In this document: positions 15,171 to 23,783 of the stretch, piece after piece
Position numbering within the stretch: the first letter of the stretch is position 1
Layout of the letters: each line of letters opens with the position of its first letter
Position numbers and translations under genes: made by a program
Source: a bacterium
GTDB taxonomy: Bacteria; UBP7; UBA6624; JBBIMK01
NCBI GenBank assembly: GCA_037444445.1
Contig: JBBIMK010000013.1
Span: forward strand, 1 to 32,000
DNA length: 32,000 bases
Direction: 5' to 3'
The notes under the pieces: model-generated
Databases searched by the model: none
The model's input: the letters and a program-made list of their open reading frames with translations, nothing else
Told to the model about the DNA's origin: nothing

Positions 15171-16727
15171 ATGAAGATGGAAACCTCCAGAGAAAAACTT
15201 GAACACCTGGAAGCCCTGCGGGCAGAAGCTCGCTCAGGCGGTGGGCCGGAACTCATTGAAAAACAGCACACCAGAGGAAAACTCACCGCCCGGGAAAGGA
15301 TTGACCTCCTGATGGACCCGGGCAGTTTCCAGGAGATGGATGCCTTCGTTAAAACTGCTGAAATGGCTTTTGGAGATTCTAAAAAATTTCTGACCGACGG
15401 AGTGGTCACCGGCTTCGGAACCGTGAACGGGCGATTGGTGTTTACTTTCTCTCAGGATTTCACCGTCATGGGAGGCTCCCTGGGAGAACGCCATGCAGCG
15501 AAGATTGTGAAGGTTTTAGATTCCGCTATGAAGGTGGGAGCGCCTGTGGTGGGTTTTAACGACTCCGGCGGAGCGAGAATCCAGGAAGGTGTCGTCAGCC
15601 TCGCAGGCTATGCCGACATCTTCTACCGCAATACCCTCGCCTCCGGCGTCATCCCCCAGGTCTCCGCCATCCTGGGCCCCTGCGCCGGAGGCGCTGTCTA
15701 CTCCCCTGCTCTCACCGATTTCGTTTTCATGGTCAAAGGCACCAGTTATATGTTCCTCACCGGTCCCCAGGTCATCAAAACGGTTCTCCACCAGGAAGTT
15801 ACTTTTGAGGAACTGGGCGGGGCGAAGGTGCATAACCAGAAATCCGGTGTCGCTCACTTTATGATGGACGATGAAGAAGGAATTATGGAAAGCATCCGAA
15901 CCCTGCTCTCCTACCTCCCTTCCAACAACCTTGAGGACCCTCCGGTGGTGCCCACAGATGACCCGCCGAACAGGCGTGAAGACCGTCTGTTAGACCTCAT
16001 TCCCGATGACCCGAATAAGCCCTACGATGTCAAGGATGTCATTCAATTGATAGTGGACAACGGCGTTTTCTTTGAGGTTCATTCCCACTGGGCGCAGAAT
16101 CTCGTGGTGGGATTTGCCAGAATGAACGGGCAACCGGTGGGCATCGTGGCGAATCAACCCAAGGTCCTGGCAGGAGTCCTGGATATAGATTCCTCCGTCA
16201 AGGGCGCCCGCTTCGTCCGCTTCTGCGATGCCTTCAACATCCCCCTGATTACCCTGGAAGATGTCCCCGGCTTTTTGCCCGGAATTGACCAGGAACACGG
16301 TGGTGTGATTCGCCAGGGTGCGAAACTCGTCTTCGCCTACAGTGAAGCCACCGTGCCTAAAATCACCGTGATTCTGAGGAAATCCTACGGGGGAGCCTAC
16401 TGCGTGATGTCCAGCAAGCATATCGGAGGCGACTGGAATATCGCCTGGCCCTCTGCGGAGATTGCTGTAATGGGACCCGAGGGCGCTGTAAGCATCCTCC
16501 ATCGGAAAGAGCTGGAGCAAGCCAGCGACCCATCTGCTCTGGCGCAGGAACTGTTGGAAGCCTACCGCCACCAGGTGGTGCACCCTTACATTGCCGCAGA
16601 AAGGGGCTATGTGGACGATGTCATTGACCCTCGGGACACACGCCCCAACATTATCACAGCCCTGGAGGTGCTGAAAACGAAGCGGGAAGTTCGCCCGTCC
16701 AAAAAGCATGGTAATATGCCCCTGTGA
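15171..16727 (+). CDS. pccB: Acyl-CoA carboxylase carboxyltransferase subunit (propionyl-CoA carboxylase beta / methylmalonyl-CoA carboxyltransferase 12S-like)
   Basis: 518 aa. NDSGGARIQEGVVSLAGYADIF and the duplicated crotonase-like CT architecture (…ITVILRKSYGGAYCVM…). ATG 15177 is an alternative start. Confidence 0.93.
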   Translation: MKMETSREKLEHLEALRAEARSGGGPELIEKQHTRGKLTARERIDLLMDPGSFQEMDAFVKTAEMAFGDSKKFLTDGVVTGFGTVNGRLVFTFSQDFTVMGGSLGERHAAKIVKVLDSAMKVGAPVVGFNDSGGARIQEGVVSLAGYADIFYRNTLASGVIPQVSAILGPCAGGAVYSPALTDFVFMVKGTSYMFLTGPQVIKTVLHQEVTFEELGGAKVHNQKSGVAHFMMDDEEGIMESIRTLLSYLPSNNLEDPPVVPTDDPPNRREDRLLDLIPDDPNKPYDVKDVIQLIVDNGVFFEVHSHWAQNLVVGFARMNGQPVGIVANQPKVLAGVLDIDSSVKGARFVRFCDAFNIPLITLEDVPGFLPGIDQEHGGVIRQGAKLVFAYSEATVPKITVILRKSYGGAYCVMSSKHIGGDWNIAWPSAEIAVMGPEGAVSILHRKELEQASDPSALAQELLEAYRHQVVHPYIAAERGYVDDVIDPRDTRPNIITALEVLKTKREVRPSKKHGNMPL

Positions 16728-16740
16728 AGGTGTATGAAGA

Positions 16741-18249
16741 ATGTTTAAGAAGATTCTGATAGCGAATCGGGGCGAAATTGCTTTACGGATTCTTCGCGCA
16801 TGCCGGGATTTAGGGGTATGCAGCGTGGTGGCGTATTCGGAAGCCGACCGGAATTCTCTCCCCGTGAAACTGGCAGATGAAACGGTGTTCATCGGAGGCG
16901 GGCTTCCCGCCCATACCTACCTCAACTTCGACAAAATCATACAGGCTGCAAAAAGCATCGGCGCCGATGCCATCCACCCGGGCTATGGCTTCCTCGCTGA
17001 AAATTATGAGTTCGCCAAACTGTGTAAAAAACAGGGCATCACTTTTATTGGTCCCCCCTGGGAGGTTATCCGATATTTAGGCGATAAGGTGAGGGCTCGG
17101 CAGACCGCCCAGCGATTGAGAGTTTTCATCACCCCGGGTTCAAAGGGCGTGTTGAAGTCCGTGGATGAGGCTTTGAAAGTAGCAAAGCAGGTCGGCTATC
17201 CAGTGGTCCTGAAAGCAGTGGAGGGAGGTGGAGGGCGGGGGATGCGCATCGTTTCCTCACCCCCAGAGATGGAGCGAGCCTATACAGCCGCTTCAACGGA
17301 AGCCCAGGCCGCTTTCGGCAACGCCAGCCTGTATCTGGAGAAATATTTTGAGCGCCCCCGACATATAGAGGTGCAAATCCTGTGCGATGCCCACGGGCAT
17401 CGGGTTCATCTATTTGAACGGGAATGCTCCATCCAGCGCAGGCATCAGAAGTTAATAGAAGAGAGCCCCTCGCCGGTCGTAACGCCGAAAGTCCGCTCCA
17501 AACTCACCTCCTCTGCCATCCGGATTGCCCGGGCGGTGGGATATATCGGCGCCGGCACCGTGGAATTCCTCCTCACGGAAGACGCCAAAACCTTCTACTT
17601 CATGGAAGTCAACGCCCGTATCCAGGTGGAGCACCCGGTGACAGAAATGGTGACAGGCGTGGACATCGTGAAGGAGCAGATTCGTATCGCCGCAGGCGAA
17701 GAACTCTCTTTCACCCAGAAACAACTGGAATTACAGGGCTGGGCCATGGAATGCCGGATAACAGCCGAGGACCCGGAGCGAGGCTTCGCTCCCACTCCCG
17801 GATTGATTCAGGAAATTCACATCCCCTCCGGCCCGGGCATTCGCGTAGATACCGCTTTGTTCGCAGGTTATGAGATTCCACAGATTTACGACTCTCTGAT
17901 TGCGAAGGTCATTGCTCATGGGAAAGACCGGGAAGAAGTCATTTCTCGGATGACCCGTGCCCTATCCGAGTTTTTCATCTCTGGCATAAAAACTTCCATC
18001 CCCTTTCACCTGACTATCCTTGCCAGCGAGGCTTTTCGGGAAGGGGCTCTATCTACAGGATTCATTGAGGAAAAGATGAAGCGCTATGTGGAGAGAACTG
18101 AGGAGGAGGATGCGGCTGGGGCAATAATTTCTGCCCTCGTGGAGATGAACCGTCGGCTCAAGGGAGGGGTTCTCACCCGCCGTGAACTGGCACCCGCACC
18201 CCTCTGGGCGATCACCGGAAGGCAGGAAATCACCCGGAGAACCTCATGA
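16741..18249 (+). CDS. accC: Biotin carboxylase subunit
   Basis: 502 aa. KILIANRGEIALRILRACRDLG, the ATP-grasp motif GGGGRGMRIV, and EVNARIQVEHPVTE. It has a C-terminal extension of roughly 50 aa beyond the conserved core. Confidence 0.95.
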   Translation: MFKKILIANRGEIALRILRACRDLGVCSVVAYSEADRNSLPVKLADETVFIGGGLPAHTYLNFDKIIQAAKSIGADAIHPGYGFLAENYEFAKLCKKQGITFIGPPWEVIRYLGDKVRARQTAQRLRVFITPGSKGVLKSVDEALKVAKQVGYPVVLKAVEGGGGRGMRIVSSPPEMERAYTAASTEAQAAFGNASLYLEKYFERPRHIEVQILCDAHGHRVHLFERECSIQRRHQKLIEESPSPVVTPKVRSKLTSSAIRIARAVGYIGAGTVEFLLTEDAKTFYFMEVNARIQVEHPVTEMVTGVDIVKEQIRIAAGEELSFTQKQLELQGWAMECRITAEDPERGFAPTPGLIQEIHIPSGPGIRVDTALFAGYEIPQIYDSLIAKVIAHGKDREEVISRMTRALSEFFISGIKTSIPFHLTILASEAFREGALSTGFIEEKMKRYVERTEEEDAAGAIISALVEMNRRLKGGVLTRRELAPAPLWAITGRQEITRRTS

Positions 18250-18734
18250 AATTCCTCGTCACTTCCTCCAGAAACCAGGCCTACGAAATGGAGTTCACAG
18301 GACCCAGGGAAGGCATCATCAATGGCGTCCCCTTTCAAGTGGAATGGGTGAGAGAAAACGGCTCTCAATTAGTCCTGCTGATTAACCGGAAACCCTACCT
18401 CGCTGAAGTGAAACGGGAGGACCGGGTATATACAGTCCTCTTAAATGGCAAAGAGTTTCGCTACACCGTAGAAACCGCCTACCTGGCTCGTCGGAGAGAA
18501 GCCACTACGGTCGCCAGGGAGGCAGAAACCATCCGCGCGCCCATTTCGGGAAAAATTGTGGCTATCCTGGTGGAAGAAGGGCAACAGGTTCACGATGGCG
18601 ATGTGCTCCTGATTCTGGAAGCGATGAAGATGGAAAATGAAATTCAAGCCACTCGTTCCGGCAAGATTGATAAAATTCTGGTGAAGGAGGAGGAGAGCGT
18701 CACGACCAGCCAGGCACTCGTAGTCATCGTGTAA
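18246..18734 (+). CDS. accB: Biotin carboxyl carrier protein (biotinyl domain)
   Basis: 162 aa. The C-terminal biotinyl domain carries EAMKMENEI. ATGA start/stop overlap with accC. The N-terminal ~90 aa are beta-rich and of unknown role. Confidence 0.9.
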   Translation: MKFLVTSSRNQAYEMEFTGPREGIINGVPFQVEWVRENGSQLVLLINRKPYLAEVKREDRVYTVLLNGKEFRYTVETAYLARRREATTVAREAETIRAPISGKIVAILVEEGQQVHDGDVLLILEAMKMENEIQATRSGKIDKILVKEEESVTTSQALVVIV

Positions 18735-18798
18735 AACATGGAGATCGGACCGGGTTGTAGTGGATTCCGGTGGAATCAACAGAGTCGGAAAAGGAGAA

Positions 18799-18882
18799 TG
18801 CCGAAGGAGGGAGTCGAACCCTCACGGCCCGAGAGCCGGGGGATTTTGAGTCCCCTGCGTCTGCCTGTTCCGCCACTTCGGC
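18799..18882 (-). tRNA. tRNA-Leu (anticodon CAA), 84 nt, long variable arm, no encoded CCA
   Basis: Hand-folded cloverleaf. Acceptor stem is GCCGAAG/CTTCGGC plus discriminator A. D stem is GCG/CGC. Anticodon stem is GGGGA/TCCCC with loop CTCAAAA, giving anticodon CAA. The 15-nt variable arm is CGGCTCTCGGGCCGT. T arm is GAGGG-TTCGACT-CCCTC. Confidence 0.9.
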
Positions 18883-18894
18883 CCTTCCACTCTC

Positions 18895-18903
18895 ATTATA
18901 ACA
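18895..18903 (-). promoter_or_regulatory. Extended -10 box TGtTATAAT for tRNA-Leu
   Basis: The reverse complement of 18895-18903 is TGTTATAAT. The hexamer ends 12 nt upstream of the mature tRNA 5' end at 18882. Confidence 0.5.
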
Positions 18904-19024
18904 CAGGTCCCATCAGGAAATTGAAAGGGCATGCCTTTCCCGATGAGGATTCGGCTCCCGAGGGTTGCGAGGATACCCTCGCCGATTTCCCTCCGCCCCT
19001 CCTTCCCGAAAAGGTCCTGACATA

Positions 19025-21670
19025 ATGTCCAGACCATCCCCTGCCGGTTTATTTGATTTGCCCGAAAAGGAAAAAGTAGAGCCGAACGCCCAGACTCTCC
19101 AGCCCGGTAGCCATACCCTTTTGTTAGTGGACGGTCACAGCCTTTTGTACCGGGCATTTTTCGTCCTCCCCGCCATGCGCACGGCGAATGGATTTCCCAC
19201 CAGTGGATGGTATGGCTTTCTCCGAATGTTAACCCGGGCATGGGCAGATTTTCATCCCTCCGCTCTCGTCGTTTCCCTGGATAAGGGGAAGCCTTTTCGG
19301 GCAGAATCTTACCCCGCTTACAAGGCCACGCGTCAAAAAACTCCAGAAGATTTATCCCTTCAACTGGAAGGTTTTGAATCCTTCTTACAGCGACTGAAAA
19401 TCCCTTATCTCGCCCGTGAAGGCATGGAGGCCGATGACCTCATCGCTTCCCTCGCCACTGATTATCAGAAAAAAGGTTGGAAGATTCTAATCCTGACCGG
19501 AGATAAAGATTTGCTTCAACTGCTGTCAGAAGGCATTCAGGTGGTCGTCACACGGAAAGGTGTAACGGATGTAGAGGTGTATAATGAACAGCGTTTTCTA
19601 ACGGAGTTCGGTTTCCCCGCTGGCAACCTGGTGGATTATAAAGCCCTCATCGGGGATGCCTCGGACAATATCCCGGGCGTGCCAGGCGTGGGGGAAAAAA
19701 CTGCGAAAGCCCTCCTGGCCAGATATGGCTCCCTTGAAGCCATTTTCGCCCATCTGAAAGACCTGCCGGAAAAACTCCAGAAATCCCTGAACACGCATCG
19801 GGAACAGGTCCTCCAGGGGCGCCTCCTCGTCTCACTCCGCCGGGATGTGGAATTGTCCCACATCCCCCTCCTGCCTTTGAATCTTTCTTCACCCGAATCC
19901 CGGGAGTTGCTAAAACAACTGGAATTCACCTCCCTCCTTCCTCCCGACTCTGCCCCTGTCCCTCCTGTCCAGGTGGAAGAGAAGGTGCATCTAACGGAGT
20001 TAGAAACGACGCTGAAGAACGCCCTGACTCTCCAGAAAGTTTATCTCTCCTGCACACAGGAAGGGCTCTCCGTTGCATCCGACCATTACCTCAGTTTCCT
20101 TCCCTTCCCTCAATCAACCCGTTCCTCCTCATCTTCTGCCGGGAGATTGGTATGGGGAAATGGGAGTCTGGAACTTCTCCGTCAGGTGTGGCTGGATGCG
20201 GGTATAGAAAAGGTTGTCTACGATGTCAAAAAAATTTACCACTGTTTTCCTCAGGGATGCACCCCCGGCGGCAAAGTCTATGACCTTGCCCTGATGAGTT
20301 ATCTCCTGCACCCGGATGAAAAGAACGACTGGGACTATTTGCGGCGCCGGTATCTGCAAGACTCCCTTCTACCCCGGGACGATCAAGTGAAGGCTCGCCT
20401 GCTAAAAATCCTCTTCCCACCTCTCCTCTCCTCCATCCGGCAGGAAGGGATGGAAGAGATTCTGTTGAAGTGGGAAGTTCCCCTCGCTTTCGTTCTAACG
20501 GATATGGAACGATGGGGTATCCGGCTGAACCCACAGGTTCTCACAGAGATTTCCAGACTGCTAAAAATACAATTGCAAAGCCTGCAAGAGACCGCATACA
20601 CGATGGTGGGACATCCGTTTAACTTAAATTCTCCTTCCCAGGTGGCCACGGTTCTGTTTGACGAATTAAAACTGCCGAAGGTTCGGAAAAACTCCACAGA
20701 CGCCGAAGTGCTGTCCGCCCTGCGGGATGCCCATCCCCTCGTTCCACTTCTCTTACAGTATCGCACCCTCTCCAGGTTATGGAGCGGGTATCTGGAGCCA
20801 TTGCCAAAGCAAGTGGATGAAGAAGGAAGAATACGAACCACCTTTTTACAGACCGGAACATCTACGGGGCGTCTGGCGAGTCGTGACCCGAACCTCCAGA
20901 ATATCCCCGCCCGTGGCGAATGGGCATCCCCCATCCGAAAAGCCTTCATCCCCACGGATTCCTCCTATCTTTTCCTGTCAGCGGATTATTCCCAGATTGA
21001 CCTTCGCCTCCTGGCTCATCTATCAGGGGATGATAACCTCCGACAGAGCTTCCTTTCGGGTGAGGACATCCACGCCCGAACCGCTATGGAACTATTTCAG
21101 GTGTCCAGGGAAGAAGTATCCCCGGACCTGCGAAGAAGGGCGAAAGCGGTTAACTTCGGCATCATCTACGGAATGAGCGACTTCGGCTTGGCTCAGCAAT
21201 TGGATATTTCTCGTGAAGAAGCAAAGGCTTATATTCACAAATATATGAGCGCCTATCCGGGCGTTCAAGCGTTCATCCAGCGGACGATAGAGGCTGGGCG
21301 CCGAAACGGTTATGTTCGGACACTCTTCGGTCGTCTGCGATGGGTAAAAGAGATCTCCTCCGCCAATGCAACCCTGCGTCGTGAGGCGGAACGAATCGCC
21401 ATTAACACCCCCGTCCAGGGCTCCTCCGCTGACATTCTGATGCGGGCTATGGTGATTCTTCACCCTAAATTAAACCCCTCCGAAGCCCGCCTCCTCTTAC
21501 AGGTCCACGATGAACTCCTTTTAGAAGTCAAACATTCTGCTCTCCCCACCGTCGCTAAAGTAGTGAAAACCACCCTGGAAGAGGCACCCGACCTCTCGGT
21601 GCCGTTGAAAGTGGAGCTGAAAATTGGAGACTCCTGGGGAGAACTCACCCCCTATGAGGAAACACACTAA
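19025..21670 (+). CDS. polA: DNA polymerase I
   Basis: 881 aa from ATG 19025. The ORF track's upstream non-ATG start at 18965 adds 20 Pro/Arg-rich residues and runs toward the tRNA promoter, so I do not use it. 5' nuclease motif LLLVDGHSLLYRAFF. Pol motifs DYSQIDLRLLAHLSGD, RRRAKAVNFGIIYGMS and QVHDELLLEV. Confidence 0.93.
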   Translation: MSRPSPAGLFDLPEKEKVEPNAQTLQPGSHTLLLVDGHSLLYRAFFVLPAMRTANGFPTSGWYGFLRMLTRAWADFHPSALVVSLDKGKPFRAESYPAYKATRQKTPEDLSLQLEGFESFLQRLKIPYLAREGMEADDLIASLATDYQKKGWKILILTGDKDLLQLLSEGIQVVVTRKGVTDVEVYNEQRFLTEFGFPAGNLVDYKALIGDASDNIPGVPGVGEKTAKALLARYGSLEAIFAHLKDLPEKLQKSLNTHREQVLQGRLLVSLRRDVELSHIPLLPLNLSSPESRELLKQLEFTSLLPPDSAPVPPVQVEEKVHLTELETTLKNALTLQKVYLSCTQEGLSVASDHYLSFLPFPQSTRSSSSSAGRLVWGNGSLELLRQVWLDAGIEKVVYDVKKIYHCFPQGCTPGGKVYDLALMSYLLHPDEKNDWDYLRRRYLQDSLLPRDDQVKARLLKILFPPLLSSIRQEGMEEILLKWEVPLAFVLTDMERWGIRLNPQVLTEISRLLKIQLQSLQETAYTMVGHPFNLNSPSQVATVLFDELKLPKVRKNSTDAEVLSALRDAHPLVPLLLQYRTLSRLWSGYLEPLPKQVDEEGRIRTTFLQTGTSTGRLASRDPNLQNIPARGEWASPIRKAFIPTDSSYLFLSADYSQIDLRLLAHLSGDDNLRQSFLSGEDIHARTAMELFQVSREEVSPDLRRRAKAVNFGIIYGMSDFGLAQQLDISREEAKAYIHKYMSAYPGVQAFIQRTIEAGRRNGYVRTLFGRLRWVKEISSANATLRREAERIAINTPVQGSSADILMRAMVILHPKLNPSEARLLLQVHDELLLEVKHSALPTVAKVVKTTLEEAPDLSVPLKVELKIGDSWGELTPYEETH

Positions 21671-21786
21671 ATCCGAAACCCGGAACCCATTATATCGGAC
21701 GGAACTCCATCCACGGATATTCCACCCCCGGTATTCTGCCTGCCGTCCCGGGTCTCCGGTCATCCGGCATACAGGAGGGATGTGAG

Positions 21787-22923
21787 ATGGAAGAAACCCA
21801 TTTCGCCGAGCCACGAATTGGAGATGTGATACTGGGACGGGTGGTGATGGAAACAGACAAAGGCTGGCTGATGGACATCGGAGCCAAGCAGGAAGCCCTG
21901 CTTCCCCAGCGAGAAGCAGGCAGGGCAGGCAAGAAAGCCAGACCCAATGAGGAGTTCAAAGTGAAAGTCATCGGCCGCTACCCGGACTCGGAGCAATTTC
22001 AGGTCTCCCGCAGACTCGTGGAGCAGGAAAACCTGTGGGAAGAGTTTCAGGAGGATATGCGACGGGGAACCATTCACACGGGAAAAGTCATTAAGGCGGT
22101 GGAAAAAGGCCTCATCGTTGAAATCGGATACCGGGCTTTCCTCCCCCAGTCACACATCGACCTCAAGCCCGTCAGAAACCTGCAGGACTGGTATGGGAAA
22201 GAGATAGAAGTGAAAATCATTGAGGTGGAGCCGGAGCGTTCCCGCATCGTCGTCTCTCGTCGCCTCGTGCTGGAAGAACAGCAGAACCAGCAAAAGCAGG
22301 CACGGATGAACGAAATTGTAGTGGGTAGCGTCCTCACAGGAACGGTGGCCAAGATTGTATCCTTCGGCGCCTTCGTAGACCTCGGCAGCGGGATTCACGG
22401 CCTCTTACACGCCACCCAGATCGCCTGGGACCGGAATGTGGCACCCTCCTCCTGGTTCAAAGTGGGGGATGTGATTCAGGTGAAAGTGATTAGCAAAGAT
22501 GCGGAAAGCGGGCGCGTAGGCCTCAGCCTGAAAGCCCTCACCAGCGACCCCTGGAATGCCCTCGCAGAGCGAGTTCATGTGGGCGATATCCTGGAGGGCG
22601 TGGTCACCCAGATTGCCAGGAAAAAAAACGGTGTGTTCGTGAAAATAGCCGACGGCGTGGAGGGCTGGGTCCATATCTCCGAAATCTCCGATGACCGGGT
22701 GTCCGACCCGGCGGAAGTCCTCAGCATCGGCCAGAAGGTGCAGGTGAAGGTCCTGGAGTTTTCTGCACCCCAGCGCCGCCTCCGCTTGAGCATTAAGGGC
22801 GTCTCTGCCGTGGAAGAAAAAACCGATGCCTACTACCAGAGCACCGATGGACAGGCCTCTCTGGGAGATTTCTGGCACAAAAGCACCTCCCGACATTCCC
22901 GCCGGGATAAGCGCCCTAAATGA
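21787..22923 (+). CDS. rpsA: S1 RNA-binding domain protein (four S1 repeats; ribosomal protein S1-like)
   Basis: 378 aa. Four OB-fold S1 repeats (for example GTIHTGKVIKAVEKGLIVEIG, GSVLTGTVAKIVSFGAFVDLG, GDILEGVVTQIARKKNGVFVKIADGVEGWVHISEIS) and a basic C-terminal tail. GGAGGG SD upstream. Confidence 0.8.
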   Translation: MEETHFAEPRIGDVILGRVVMETDKGWLMDIGAKQEALLPQREAGRAGKKARPNEEFKVKVIGRYPDSEQFQVSRRLVEQENLWEEFQEDMRRGTIHTGKVIKAVEKGLIVEIGYRAFLPQSHIDLKPVRNLQDWYGKEIEVKIIEVEPERSRIVVSRRLVLEEQQNQQKQARMNEIVVGSVLTGTVAKIVSFGAFVDLGSGIHGLLHATQIAWDRNVAPSSWFKVGDVIQVKVISKDAESGRVGLSLKALTSDPWNALAERVHVGDILEGVVTQIARKKNGVFVKIADGVEGWVHISEISDDRVSDPAEVLSIGQKVQVKVLEFSAPQRRLRLSIKGVSAVEEKTDAYYQSTDGQASLGDFWHKSTSRHSRRDKRPK

Positions 22924-23510
22924 TTATCGGCCTCACGGGCAATATCGCCAGTGGCAAAACCCTCGTGGCTGAAATCCTTCGCTCACTCGGCATCCGCATC
23001 TTAGATGCCGATACAATCGCTCATCAACTCCTCCTTTCGGATAAAAGTGTGGCAGCGGCCATCCTTCGCCGGTGGGGTAATCCTGTCTTCTCCCCCGATG
23101 GAACTGTGAACCGGAAAGCCCTCGCCTCCCTCGTCTTCTCCTCCCCGGCAGACCGCCAATATCTGGAAAATCTTCTTCATCCGAAGATTAAAAAGGAAAT
23201 CCTGCGCACAATCCATGAATGTCGGAAGAAGAAACAATCCCTCCTCGTCATCGCCCCTCTCCTATTTGAAGCCCGCTTCACCTGGCCCTTTGATGAAATC
23301 TGGCTCACCGTCGCTCCCTACCATATCCGCCTCCAGCGGTTAAGGCAAAGAGACGGGCTATCCTATCGGCAGGCGAAGAGGCGGATGAAAAGCCAGCTAC
23401 CCCAGCGTCAGAAAATTCCCCACGCCCGCCTTGTCATCTCCACGGATAAACCCCTGAAAACCCTCAAAAATGAGATTCTCTCCCTCTGCAAGCGGAAACT
23501 GACCACATAA
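22920..23510 (+). CDS. coaE: Dephospho-CoA kinase
   Basis: 196 aa. P-loop IIGLTGNIASGKT and the DADTIAH motif. ATGA overlap with the preceding stop. Confidence 0.9.
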   Translation: MIIGLTGNIASGKTLVAEILRSLGIRILDADTIAHQLLLSDKSVAAAILRRWGNPVFSPDGTVNRKALASLVFSSPADRQYLENLLHPKIKKEILRTIHECRKKKQSLLVIAPLLFEARFTWPFDEIWLTVAPYHIRLQRLRQRDGLSYRQAKRRMKSQLPQRQKIPHARLVISTDKPLKTLKNEILSLCKRKLTT

Positions 23511-23546
23511 AAGCAGGCAGGAATGCCGGCGCCACCCCCTCGTAGC

Positions 23547-23563
23547 GCCGACTTTCAGTCGGC
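23547..23563 (+). other. Perfect hairpin GCCGAC-TTTCA-GTCGGC in the coaE-secA spacer
   Basis: 6-bp GC-rich stem with a 5-nt loop, 37 nt after the coaE stop and with no U-tract. A degenerate second copy of the surrounding GTAGYGCCG motif lies about 50 nt downstream. Confidence 0.3.
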
Positions 23564-23765
23564 ATCCGCCGGTGCACGGGTGTCAACGGTGGCGTGCTTG
23601 TAGTGCCGGTCTTCCAACCGACCTTCAGCGGGCAATGCCCTGTTCCGCCCCATCCCTGCCTCTTCCATATCAAACCTTTTTATGCCAGCCAAAATGTCGC
23701 CTATCGTTCCCAGCACAAGAGAAGTTCCGCCGTAGGCAACCTGGGTGACCCCGTGAGATGGTGTG

Positions 23766-23774
23766 TGGTAAAAT
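23766..23774 (+). promoter_or_regulatory. Extended -10 box TGgTAAAAT upstream of secA
   Basis: The same 9-mer as upstream of corA. The hexamer 23769-23774 ends 9 nt before ATG 23784, and there is no good SD. Confidence 0.45.
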
Positions 23775-23783
23775 AGGATCAGG

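Noticed and set aside
15990-16892. 300-aa minus-strand ORF antisense to the carboxyltransferase/biotin carboxylase junction
   Set aside because: It lies entirely opposite two strongly recognisable genes. Its composition (His/Arg/Gly/Pro-rich) is typical of the stop-poor antisense frame of genes with G/C-rich third positions. It has no recognisable motifs.
18965-19024. Upstream non-ATG start extending polA by 20 codons
   Set aside because: The extension is Pro/Arg-rich (RGYPRRFPSAPPSRKGPDI), has no SD and runs toward the tRNA-Leu promoter region. ATG 19025 gives a normal 5'-nuclease N-terminus.
18735-19024. tRNA-Leu as a possible integration site for a genomic island
   Set aside because: There is no integrase, no direct repeat of the tRNA 3' end and no foreign genes adjacent to it. 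Both flanks are housekeeping genes (BCCP, polA).
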